The notes beneath the pieces are model-generated. The model searched no databases. It was not told the DNA's origin and worked only from the letters and a program-made list of their open reading frames with translations. A program made the position numbers and the translations under genes. From the NCBI GenBank assembly GCA_973895155.1, contig OZ316894.1, positions 12,998,828 through 13,062,827 on the forward strand: a DNA stretch of 64,000 nt, read 5' to 3'. Below, in pieces: positions 19,535-31,149 of the stretch. Source of the DNA: Marsupella aquatica. Taxonomy: Eukaryota; Plantae; Marchantiophyta. The first letter of the stretch is position 1. Each line of letters starts with the position of its first letter.

Positions 19535-22500
19535 TGTGGTGCGTCCCATGGCTCCCTAAACCCAAGAAACCCCCCAGCTCAAGCCGATTCCCGCAGGTTT
19601 CGTGCTTGGCGAGGCCGTTTCCGCGGCTTAGCGGCATGGGACGCTGCTAACCTTCTACTACTACTATTAACATTTTACATACATATACTGGACAGATCCT
19701 TCATCGGGTCATGAGATACGTAGCCGGCCTAATATAGGCCTTCCCCTGTCTTCCCCTGTCTTCCCCTCCATCTTGTTAGGTATGTTTGGATTCCGCCGCC
19801 GGAATGATCCCCAATAGGCTTGGTTAAGCCGCTAAGACCTCTCTTAGCTCGACACATCCAACTCTCACTCCCCTGCTTACTTTCCTTCCTTCTGTTGATG
19901 TGGGCACTCTTCACACAAGTTAATGCGACACACAAATAGCAAAATGACTCATTCTGACTGAGTCATACCATGCACTTGCCATACAAACAGTACATCTCAT
20001 ACACAAGTTCTGCGAACTAAGCCGTGAGGCCAACTCTATTCAGCTCTTAGGCATGAGGAAACATGAATATACACAAGGGTCACTGTATGACTAACCGAGA
20101 GCTTCTCGTACTACTTGATCCCAGCCCGGCTGGTGCAAACTAAAAACTTGCTAAAGAAGAGGCCCTGAGCTCCCCGCTGCCCAGGTACTTATCCTGGTAG
20201 TGGATCCGCCATTCTTTGCATCGTAAGCCTAATCTACTTAACAATAATCTACTTGCCCGAATCTACCTATGTACAGCAAGGCAGGAGCACAAGTGTTGCT
20301 CCTACCAGTGGGACCGCAATCCCACTAAGCTAAGTGTCAGGGCCGCTCCTGGTTCTGATCCTAATCCTAAACATGGAGATCCGCGCCCGCCCTGCCCACT
20401 CACGCCTCCTCCCTCCACGTCCGCCCTCCCTAAAAGGAACGGCGCCCTTGCACCGTCACGACACCGGTGGTGGATCCTTAATGGACGCCCCCAACGCTTC
20501 CTCCTCAGCCACTGCCGTAGGCTCATTCCCTGATAGATTACCTGCCCTTGACTGAGTCAACTCTCCATCGGCCTGACTGGGTCCACCATCGGCGTCGGCA
20601 TCGGCTCGAGAATCGGTTACGGCCTCAGCCTCGGCTACGGTCTCCCCGGCCTGCTCAAGAGGCGGATCTGGAATACTGGCCTCCTTACTGAGTAGTTCGG
20701 CTTGGGCCGCACCATCCCTACCTGTGATCATAGCGGGATCTATTGCCGTATTCATGTCGGAGGATGGTGCTGGTTCTACCTCTTTGGTCACCACGGCTTG
20801 TGGAGTCGGATTACTCCTTGACCCTGAAGGTTTCCGCTTTTTCTTCTTTTCTGGTTCGGCAGCTGGTCCCTTCCCCTTCCCACTTACCTCCGGCACTGGT
20901 GCAGTTGGCGCGGCTTTTTCTTCGGCCAGTACCACTCCTGGTAACTTGGTTGCCCCAATTGGAGTTGGGCCTGATGAAGACAAGCACCTAAATACTGCGG
21001 CTTGTTTCTTCAGCCGCTCCGTTTGGTTGTCGGCCCGCCGCTGGAGGTTCTCCATCTTCCTCGTGATTTCCTCCAACTCCTCCTGGGTCTCATCCAGGTC
21101 CTTGCGTGCCTCCTCTAGTTCCTTCTGGGCTTCCTCCCGTTCTTGTTTCAAGGTAGTCCTCTCCTCCTGGGTTGCTTTTAGCTCCTTGTCGAGCTCTGCA
21201 ATGATGACAGACTCCATCTGGTTCATCTTGGCGTAAGTCTGTTCGAGCATCTCGTCCTTCTCCCTTAGGTCGGCCTTGAAGCTGGCCGTCAGGGACGCAA
21301 GCTCCTGCTGCAGCGCCATAATCCCTTGATAGGATTTCCCTAACTCGGCCTCCTTCTGCTCAAGGGCTCCGCGGATTTTCTCGAGCTCCCCTTTCAACGC
21401 CCATTCCTTTCTTTGGGTCTCCGCCATGGCCCGGCTGTTGGCTGTTATGTGGGCCTCCTCTGTATTCTTCAGCTCTTGCTTCCACTTCTCCCTCTCTTTG
21501 ATCGTGTCGGCCAACTCTTCCTGCGTCTGAGTCAGTTTATCCTTGATATTCTGATTATCAGCCTGCGCGGTGTCCAACTGCCCCTGCATGATGTTCAGCT
21601 CATGTCGTTTAATCCGCAGTTCATCTTGGGCTTTCTTGGCCGTCCTTAGATCTTCAATCTCGGCTTCCATCCTCCTAAGCCGCCGAATGACCTCGTCCTT
21701 CTTGCTTCTCTCTAAAGCCACCGCTTCTTCTAATTGGTGCTTCTCCAACTGCTCCCTATGGAAAAAGGGTCCTACCTCCAACTCCTCTCCAAAGATGCCG
21801 AGCGCAAGTTCCCCACACATCTCACCATACTCCATGGCTCTATTCTTAGCGTAGGTGGAGTAAGTAGAAGTGATCGGCATCGCCCATCGCGGCCTCTGCT
21901 CCCAAGCCGTCCTGCGGATCTCTTCAATCGTGGCTAGAGGTTTGCTTCCTTTTTTGGCTAGCCGCCTGATGTCCTCCGGCCAATCTCCTCCTGGTAAATC
22001 CTTTTCCTTAGCCAGGGCGGCCTCCTCCTCCTGCTTGATTCGCTCCTGAAATTCCTGCACCGTCTGTTTTATGCCGTCGGAGCTCGAGGGAGCAACATCT
22101 GGTGGGGGAGACTCAGGGCTACTCTGCTGGTTGGGGTCCCCTCGCACTACCCTTGGAAGTGTGGGGACAAACCGGCCACAGGTCCTTACTCCTGGAACGT
22201 GATGGTCCGACCCATAGCCGGAATTATCATGGCTGCAGTCCTCCACTGCCTCCTCTACCTCTTGGACGTCCGGCTTCTCCCTCTCCTCTTCGTCGGTAGG
22301 AGCTTCAGGCAATTCTGCCTCAGATTTGGAGCTTGAGGTTCCCACGTACATTCAAACACCTGGCTTGGATTCCGGCCTGATTCTCTCCTTGTCTCCAGCA
22401 AAGGGGTTTTCTCTTGTGAGCCGGTGTAGGCCTACCTCTGTAGTAGTGTCCTGCATTGTTGCCGTTGCCGTTGTTGTTGCCGATGCCGATTTCTTTTCTT

Positions 22501-24202
22501 TCTCCAGTAGTTTCAGCAGACTCTGCATGCCTGGTTGCTGTATCGGCAAGTCTTCCTTCCTGGGCCTAAACACCTGCTCGATCGTAGGACTAACAGGTGG
22601 TTGAGGCTTCTCAGCCAACGGCCTCGGCGTTGGAGCTTCCTCGGGTGCCCTTACCTGCAGGGGAAGTACCGGGGCAAAAGTCTGACCTCTGGCATACCGG
22701 CACAACAGCGGCATGTGATAGCCCAGCCGCGACACGCTCCCCATGCCGATTACCTGCTGCTCCTCCTTTAAGATCTTCTTCAATTGGTTGAGGAGGTACC
22801 CGTTGTAGTCCCGGCTTGGGTCTGGCCTTTCTGCCAGATAGACCTGTGCCTTGCCGATCTCTGCCCTCGGCAAGTTACAATGCATGGTCACCCGCAAGAA
22901 GTCGATCATCTCTCCTATGTGCGGGTTGGTGCAGGTGTTCCGGAAGAAGCCATTCTTCGTTGATGGCCCGGGGAACGACCGGAACTCCTTGTCAGGCAAG
23001 GTCTTCCTGGTATCAACTTTGGTCTTATTGCCTATCGGCAGGCCAAACACTTCGGCAATTACCTTGGGAGTAAGATAGAAATCCTTCCCATATATCCTCG
23101 TGCAATTGGTCTCGGGTTCCCATGACCCCACGAATTCTAATAGGTCTGACTCCGGTACCTCCGGCTTCAGCCATGGTAATCTTACAAAGGCCTCCAAGCC
23201 GGATCCGGCCATGAAGCCTTGGTATCTCTTGGTCTGCATGGCCGTAAAGCATGCATCCTCCTCCCGTGCAAAATGTAGTTGCACCTCCACCGGTAGGGTT
23301 GCCGCCCAGCCCTTCCAGGTGTCATCCTGGTTGGAATGGCCTTGATGGGATCGACCTCCTCCTCTTCGGCTTCTCCCTGCCTCCTGCTCTGCTGCTCGGC
23401 TGGCTTCTTTGGTGCCGCCGACCTCGTTCTTTTTGCCGGGGTGGCTTCATCGTTGACGGCTCCCTTCCTCTTCATCTCTGTTGCCGTGGAGGTTTCTCCT
23501 AGCACCGTTGCCTGGGTCCACCTTTCCGTGCTACCCTTTAATTCCCAATGTATGTCGTTGCAGTTCTTGATGGCCTCTCGGATGCCGACGATGCTGTCTT
23601 TGCAAAACAGAAGATCGTCGAGTTGATTGGAAGTAGGCGTCCATAGGAACTCGTCCTTGATGAGTTCGCCTCCTAAGAAAGCCGTCTTCTGCAGCTCCCA
23701 CAATCGAGCGAGCTCCTGCCGTTCTCGAGCTGCCCTTTCTGACTCCTCGTCCTCGTAAGTCTTGATGTACTCAGTTGCCCGTTCGAACAGGCATCCCCAG
23801 AAATGTGCCGCTTGATTGACGTTGCTCATACCCTCCTTAGGTCGATCGTCGGTATCTACTCTCTCCCCGAGTGCTTGCCTAAGCAGCTGACAGTAGTTGG
23901 CCTCCCGTAGTCGTCTGCCTAGTTCGTGCTCGCAAATGAGCCACCATCTCCTGCAAGCGCTCCTTACCCCTCTCCTCTGCCGGTCCTTCTTCCCGTTGAT
24001 CCTTCCTAGCCGCCGACGCTTAACGCGCCCTAACCCTAATCGGGTTTTCACCCTCAGCCTTACCTCCGGCCTCGGCCCGGGTTCCATGGTTGCCCCTAAT
24101 TGTTTATATTTTCCTTGTTTTGTCCCTATACTAAGGTGTTCCTAGGGTGCCTTCCTGCTTTACCCACTTAACCGGCCGAGTGATTCCTGTCTAGGCATCA
24201 CA
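19535..24202 (-). repeat. 5' LTR of Gypsy element (4668 bp)
   Basis: TG..CA direct repeat of 8642-13310, followed on the minus strand by the PBS. Confidence 0.97.
20456..24087 (-). pseudogene. Second copy of the LTR ORF, broken
   Basis: 1-bp deletion at ~23326 and CGA>TGA at 22352-22354 split it into ORFs 23182..24087, 22352..23290 and 20456..22351. Confidence 0.92.
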
Positions 24203-25822
24203 GTTCTATGCATATTCTACTGAACGTATGTTCTCCATACTCGAACATTTTGACACATCCTATCGAATACTCGTTTAGATTTAGCCATACATGATTACAC
24301 TCCTTTCTTTAACCCTTAGTCCATATGATGATACAAAGAGGTATGCAATACCTAGATATAAAGAGACACAAGACTAGGAGAGGGTAGTTACAACTACCCC
24401 AATGTACAACATAAAATAAGTCACATTGGCTTAAAGGAAAATCGATCATCTTTTGTTGGTGTATGTATATTTTCATAGTTTAACAGAATGCAAATTGATC
24501 GTCTATTGTTGTTTGCTTTCTGTCCCAGATGTGTCCTGTGCTACTATAGTTGATAGCGATCTCCTCGTTATCATCTTGTGTAGTAGTCTGTGGGGGTGCC
24601 GAGTCTCGGTTCGGTGGTGATGGGTTTTGCGGTGAGATTCCCTTCCTCTGCCTGGGTTGTTTGTCTATGGAGCCTAGTGGGCGGCCCCACTTTGCTCGTG
24701 GTGCGATTACTGTGGCCGGTTGGGTTTCCATCTATATTCTTGATGGGGTGTTGGCCGTCGGGATATGTGATCTAGTTGTTTTGCAGCATCTGCAAATGAG
24801 TCTGGTAGGTGTTCTACCATTCTTGTGAGGTGGAGGAGTCTTTGAACTTCGGTGTCTGCGTGGCTGGTTCGGGGGTCGTTCCAAAACGCAGATTGGGTTT
24901 GCCAAGTAAGGGACTTGTCTCTATCCATCTGCTGCTTTGTTTGTAGTTTAGGAAAGGTCTCCTCGTAGAAATGGCAGTCTACAAAGCGTGCCTTAAAGAC
25001 GTCTGATGTGGTAGGTTCCAGATATCGGATAATTGATGTGGAGTCACATCCGATGTATATTCCTGGTTGCCGCTGAGGGCCCATCTTGGTGCGTTTGGGG
25101 CCCAGGATTGGCACCATCACTAGGCAGCCGAAGGTCCTGAGGTGGGATATATTTGGAGTGTTGCCAAGGGCCAATGTGTGGGGTGAGCTGGAGTTGTATG
25201 CTGACGGTCTATAACTGAGTAATGTGGCAGAGTGGAGGATGGCGTGTCCCCATGTAGTTGTGGGGAGATTACTCTGCATCAGTAGTGGTCATGCAATTGT
25301 TTGGGTGCATTTTATAAAAGATTCCGTAGTCCCGTTTTGGAAGTGGACATGGGGGACTGGGTACTGCACATCTATTCCTGCTGTGGTGAAAAATTCTTCA
25401 AAGGTTTTGGAGGTAAACTCCCCTACGTTGTCCACTCTGATTGTCCGGATATGGTTGTCCAGAAATTGTGCTCTTAATTTTAGAATGTAGGCTAGTAGGT
25501 GAGGGAAGACCAAGTTCCGGGTAGATAGGAGTGAAATTTGGGACCATTTTGTGGATGCATCTATGACTGCTAAGAAAAATTGGAATGGGCCGCTGGGGGG
25601 TTCAATCGGTCCGCAGACGTCTGCGTGTATATGTTCCAGGAAGTTGGGGATTCTACTTTCGGTGGTCGATGGGGAAGGCCTGGTTATCATTTTTCCCTGT
25701 GAGCATGCAAGGCATGGCTCGTGCATGGATGTAGGGTGTACCGAAGGTGGTATTCCCTTGGTTTGTTTAATAATTCTCTAGAACATGTTAAGGCCCGGGT
25801 GATCGAGTCTCCTGTGTCAAAG

Positions 25823-28106
25823 TGTGACGCCAATGACATGGTCCTTATTCTGTAATCTGATTAAGTAGGTTGTTGTATGCAAGGAGTAGCTATTGATATT
25901 GCATAACAATTAGCAAGATGGCAAGAATAAGGGCAATCATGGCGTTAAGAGTAGGGAAATAAAAGTTATGTCGCGGGTGGTCGGCGACCTTATCTCTTTC
26001 AATATGTCACCAAATCCGGATCTGTAAAGAGCATTGGAAAGATCTGGTCAAGGCGAGTAAAATCAATATAAAACACTCGGGAAACGGAGGTGTATTAAGG
26101 AAGATACGGCCTGATTAGTGTGACAGGTTAACTTGTGGCCGGAATTAGCGGATTCGGCTTCAGTTTCGGGTTAACCCAAGTTCGGCCACGGCTTAGCTTA
26201 GGTAAGCACGGCTTCAGCTTAGCTCAGGTAAGCACGGCTTCAACTTAGCTCAGGTCAGCACGGCTTCAGCTTAGGCTTCAGCTTAGGCTTAACCCGGGTT
26301 CGGATTAGATTGATCTCGGGTTAGACTGAACTTGGGTTAGCCTAAACTCGGGCTCGGGTTATCATAGGCAAGCTCGGGTTCGGGCTCAGCTTAGCCTAGG
26401 TTAGCGGATAGTGGGTAGCGGCCTAACCCGAGACCACGGGTTAGCTCTACTCGAGTTAGATAGGATAGCTAGGTTAGCGTAACTCGGGTTAGCTATGTAA
26501 CTCGGGTTAGCGCAGCAGTGAGTACCCTCTCTCGGTTGCGGGGGCATAACTCTCTGTGTATTTGACCAAATCGGCTATAATTGACCTCGTTGGAAAGAGG
26601 AGCTCAAGCCACTTCCAACGCTGCTATCCACGCAGCAAATGGTTGAATAGAGAATCGGGAGAGGAGGCGCAAGCTCGCGAAAACCATGGAGGAGGGCCAA
26701 ATCCGAAGTACATAGCCAATTCGAGATAGAAATAAAGTTGCGAGTTAGGGTTCAGTAGTTAGAGATAGTGGCGGCTCTGTTAGGGTTGGGATGGGGCTCC
26801 AGCAGCGTAGTATCCACCCATTTGGGCTCAGTATGAGAGTATATAGAGCAGCCCCTCGATAGAGGCAAGGGGGGGGACTTCATTTGTGTGATCTTACGTA
26901 GACTGAGCAATAGGGAGGAGCTCTGTGCAAGGAAGGCTGGGCTTGGAAGCTGTGTGTTGGGGAGAGCTTGGTTGTGCTATTACTTAGGGAGTAATCAGCC
27001 ACGCTTCACAGCAACAGTTGGCCAGGTTTGCAAGCTGGATTGTGGCTCTTTCTAGTAGGCAACACAATTGGGTTCTTTTCCCCCGATACAGAGCCTTGGT
27101 GATAGGTGATGTGTTGGTGATTGTAAACTGTGGGGAGGATTTCAATGTGATTTGCGGTGAGCACATTAGGAAGGCTGAGCCACTGATTGAGGGGCAACAA
27201 GAGGAGCATTTATAGTTCAGTCTGGCAAGGCTACGTGATCCATGGGGAGTCCCGGCCTTTGTCTGGTAGAGAGCACTAAGGGATTTATGGCCAGAGCTGA
27301 GCTTGCAGGGCAAGCGTGAGGCCGGGCCTCATTGCAGTCTGGATAGATGGTCGTTAGGCCTGGTACCAGCTTTGAAGTCGAGTCAACTGTGCATGCGTAA
27401 CTTGACATTCTGAAATGGAGGTGTGACATCTGTATGTGCCCCCAAGAATGAAGTGCAGTGAAGGAGGTTGAGTTCAGGATTGAGCTTGCATGGCAAGCAC
27501 GGGGCTTGCGGGGCAAGCACGTCGCAATCTGGAGGAGACAGCCTTCGGGCCTAGTGTTCAGATCAAGTGTTCTCAGTGAACTATTGTGCACATCTTTGAA
27601 TCTAATTGAGTTTTCCTCTCAGGCCTCATTTCTCTCATGGATGTGTGTGTGTGTGAGGCAATCTGAGTGTATGATGGGACTAGCAGCGCCACTGAGAGGT
27701 GTACCGGGTGCATTGAAGTGGATTGGGTGAGGGCTATCACAACTCTGATTGCTGAGAGTGGAATGGCAGAGTGGTGGGGCAATGGCTTAGAAGTCCCTAA
27801 GCCGGGAATCAGTTAGGAGTTACTGGTTTATGGGTACATTCCGGCGGCGGAATACAAATATACCTATGAAGACCCCTTCTCACCAGAACTATCATGAGCA
27901 CAGGATCTGAATCCCAACCTTGGTTTCTAAGGATTGAGCTTGGGTGATGTGTGTCAGAGTCTTGCTATGATAGTCTGGTGTTAAGGGCATAAACTGGTGT
28001 TTACTGGCCTTCACAGCATCCCTTCGTGATCCTCAGGTACAAGGAGATGGTTTTGACACCCAATAGTGATGGTTTTGGTGTTGAGACCCATGTCAATCGT
28101 GTGACA
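25823..28106. mobile_element. Solo LTR (2284 bp), non-coding, inserted in Copia-3
   Basis: TG..CA with imperfect inverted ends. TSD caaag at 25818-25822 and 28107-28111 splits the TEL(W)HRRL motif. A second copy lies at ~35212-37210. Confidence 0.88.
26145..26515. repeat. Degenerate short tandem array (gcttag / ctcgggtt / aagcacggcttcagcttag units) inside the solo LTR
   Basis: Visible reiteration. The same array recurs at ~35320-35680. Confidence 0.8.
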
Positions 28107-29910
28107 CAAAGCTCTGTGATGGTGTTTTGTTTAGGCTCGGTGTAAAAGCTTTGTATGTTGGTAACATAGAAGCCGGGAGGGGTTGCTCTCAGTGTTTCCC
28201 GGATCCCATTTTTCTATGGTGTTTTGGATGTTATATGGAGGGCTTCTAGGTTGTTGGAAGTCCCAGTCTGTATATGTAGGTCATTGGCTCTGATGTCTCC
28301 AAAACTTAGTAGATTTCTAGTTGCTTTGGGTGCGTATATGGCTGAGCGTATCTTTATCACGGTGCCATGGGGTAATGTGATGATTGCAGGTCCGTAACCT
28401 TCCTCTAGTTGATGTTGGCCCATAATAGTTGTGACTTTCCGTTGTGATGAAGTTATATGTGTGAAGTGGTCCTTATTTTTCAGAATTGAATGTGAGGTTC
28501 CGCTATCGACTATGCAATAGGAAGGGTCCTCTGGATTCTTTGTGTAATTCCTTGTGGCCATATGTATCTCGGGGAGGATCTCCATCGAGTCCATAAATGT
28601 TTTGTATGTTTCGGGTTCGTTTGTGTTGATGCTTTTCTTATAAAGGGCCATAAGGTGTGAAGGTGCTCGACACAGTTTTTGAATGTGCCCTTTAGTTCCA
28701 CAGCGAAAACATAGAGGAGGGTTTTCGAGTTTATCTCGTGAGTTGTGTTGCTCTTGGTTGAACTTTGTCCGGGGCTGATTGTTGTTATCTTGTTTCCAGG
28801 TGCTCCTCGAGCTCCCTCCATTGTATCGGTATCTGCCTCGACCTCGTCCACGGGAAAAGTTTCCTCTTCCTCCGCGTTGGGAGTTAGCTCCTCGGCCCCG
28901 GTAGGGGACTTGCCCTCTGTTGCCTCCTCGGCCTCGTGATGATGTCCCCTCTCCCCTGTGTGTTGCCGCGTAGTTGGTTTCTGGGGTTATTTGTGGTGGG
29001 AGGGTTCCTGGGGGACGCTTTTGTGCATTCTATAGTAAAAGGAGCTGGTGCTTCTCAGCCAGAAGCATATGGGCAATTAGTTTGGAGTATTTCGTAAAGG
29101 CCATATTCCGGTATTGCATTGAGAGTATTAGATTGGTGGAATGCAGGGTAGACAACGTCTTTTTGATTTGCTCGGCGTCGTTGACTGGTTGACCACAAAT
29201 CGCCAATTGCACTACGATCCTGAATAGCTCGCTATTGTAGTCTGCAATCGTCTTGTAATCTTGAACTCTCAAATTAATCTAGTCGTGTCATGCCGCTGGC
29301 AGGTAAATCGTTTGAGTATGATTGAAGTGGGATTGAAGCTCATCCCAAAGTATCCGCGGATTGAATTCGTTCATATATTGCCTTTTTAGGGAGTCGCTTA
29401 GGTGATGTCTAATTAGTATTAAGGCTTTTGCCTTTTGCTGTAGAGTTGTTCCCGCATCTGTTATGACTGTGTCCTGGAGATCCTTAGCGGCGAGGTGGGC
29501 TTCAACGTCTAAGGTCCAGGATAAGTAATTAGCGCCATCTATACTGAGAGGTTGAAATAGGAGTTTCTCAATAGAATTAGTCGGTATTGACATCCTGTTT
29601 TGATTAATCATGGGTCCTATTGGATTTGGGTATAAGAGCCGCAATCTATGTGCTTGTGTGTATTCTCCGTCTGGTGCAATTGCTTAATCGTTTGAGCTTT
29701 CGGTTGTTCACTGTGCTTGTGCGGGTCTGCATGTACGGGATAGAATTTCCGCTTCTAAAATCGTTCTGGGATCCTTGATTCTCAATGGGTAGATGTCGCT
29801 TTTGCTTCCGCTTCTGTCCTTATCGTGTGTTTTCCCCGATTGGTCCTCTTGTAAAACGAATCTGCGGATGGGCGAACGATGAGAAAAAATTGAGCTTCGT
29901 GCTGATAACG

Positions 29911-30059
29911 TGTTGTAGCTCATCAACAATCATGCTTCCATTCATTCCTCATCATATACATATAGCCCCTTAGGTAGGTAAGGCAGTTGGGCAGTTGATC
30001 TTAACCTAGCCATAGTAGGCTTGGTCCTAGGAAAGCTAGAGTTAACCTAGGTTACAACA
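29911..30059 (-). repeat. 5' LTR of Copia-3 (149 bp)
   Basis: tgttgta...tacaaca inverted termini, adjacent to PBS (rc of cgtgctgataacg, 29898-29910). Confidence 0.85.
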
Positions 30060-31149
30060 CATTTCCTTTCTTGTGGGTAATTGTAATGTGAGAGCAAATA
30101 GTAGAATTTTGCTCGCACAGGCAATTTTTCCCCTTGTATTGGGGTGTGGAATGGCAAAAAGAAGCATTGGAGTGGAAATGGCAGATTTTCAAACATTTAA
30201 ACCTTACTTGAAGCTTCTTTTGGCCTATCCGTCACCCTTTAACCCATTTTAAGTCTCAAAGAAACATTATGGAAGAAAGTTAAGAAGTTTGAGTTTGGAA
30301 GGAAGAATCGCTTTGGACAAACAATCGCTTGAACACTGCAGAATCGGTTTAGACTTTCGGCAACAACTTTGACGGAACAAAGACTACATAGTTTGGCCCT
30401 TGACTCATAAATCGTTTTACCTCTTACTTGAGCTTTATTTTAGTTAACTAGGATCAGATTTAGAATGACATCACTTGTTACTTATGGAGTCTCAGATTTA
30501 GATTTGTAAGGGTCTTACCTTTACCTTGTCTCTTAGAGTCTAGAATTCCTTTTAGATAGGAATAGATTTCTCAACTTAGGAGAAAACCCTTTGGTTTCTC
30601 CCATGTTATGAGGGAGCCTCCTACATTTGGACTCCCAAGAAAATGCTTGTGTCTTTTCTTCAACACTGATTTTTGACCAAGTATGGGTCTTTTTCTCGTG
30701 CCAAATTGGGCTTAGGAGAAAGAATCTAATGGAGAAGACTTGTACCACTTACATCAATTGAATTTCAAACATTTCATGGATCAAACCTAAGTATTCAAGG
30801 TTTTGATGTTTGAATTAGTTGTAGGAAATAGAATTGAATGGATAACTAAGGTATGCCTTTGAAATCTAGATGAAATGGGAATTGTACCAACCTTCATGAC
30901 GTAAAACCGATCACTACTAAGTGTATAAGGAAGTTATAGGGAAGAGAAAACCTTTCAGTCTATCGAGAAGAAGCCAAACCTAAGGAAGTTCATTTCAGCA
31001 TTTGTGACATAATAATTGTTTCAGGATTATATAAGGAGAAACAACAAGGAAATCACTTGAAGATTTCGAACACCACAAAACCTTAGTAAATTGCTTTGTT
31101 TATTCTTTATGGGACCGAATCCTGGTTGTTTTGAGCAAGATCTTAGACA
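30060..31149 (+). mobile_element. Possible 3' portion of an old LTR that hosts Copia-3
   Basis: gggaccgaatcctggttgttt (31111-31131) matches the subterminal gggaacgaattctggttgttt of the solo LTR ending at 43893. It ends ..CA followed by tt-tggtgttgtt, possibly a CpG-decayed TGGCGCCGTT PBS. Confidence 0.35.

Larger units (their letters stand above)
8642..24202 (-). mobile_element. Complete young Ty3/gypsy LTR retrotransposon (non-chromovirus, no additional RNase H) with 4.67-kb coding LTRs
   Basis: Direct repeats 8642-13310 and 19535-24202 with TG..CA ends. TSD gttct at 8637-8641 and 24203-24207. PBS and PPT adjoin the LTRs. gag-PR and RT-RH-IN are intact. Confidence 0.97.
3545..24485 (+). mobile_element. 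Copia-1: Ty1/copia Bianca-like element, interrupted by the Gypsy element
   Basis: 5' LTR 3545-3734, PBS cgttatcagcac, truncated 3' LTR ~24308-24485. TSD gaatg at 3540-3544 and 24486-24490. Confidence 0.95.
2949..30059 (-). mobile_element. Copia-3: Ty1/copia (Bianca-like) retrotransposon, degenerate, interrupted by nested insertions; 3' part lies left of the window
   Basis: 5' LTR at 29911-30059 (TG..CA) with PBS cgttatcagcacg. Pieces: gag/PR 28107-29644 (CIVDSGTSH), integrase 24486-25822 (HADVCGP, RVDNVGEF), RT start 2949-3544 (KARLVAKGF, MDIVTGYLYG). Confidence 0.9.

Noticed and set aside
519-24145. Many short antisense or alternate-frame ORFs over the Gypsy and Copia sequences
   Set aside because: Shadow ORFs of the real reading frames.
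8642-24202. 4.67-kb repeat as a segmental duplication or assembly artefact
   Set aside because: TG..CA ends, TSD, PBS/PPT adjacency, ~0.5% divergence and an independent solo copy show they are true LTRs.
26145-26515. CRISPR-like or telomeric array
   Set aside because: No constant repeat with unique spacers and no TTTAGGG run. It is a degenerate LTR-internal repeat.
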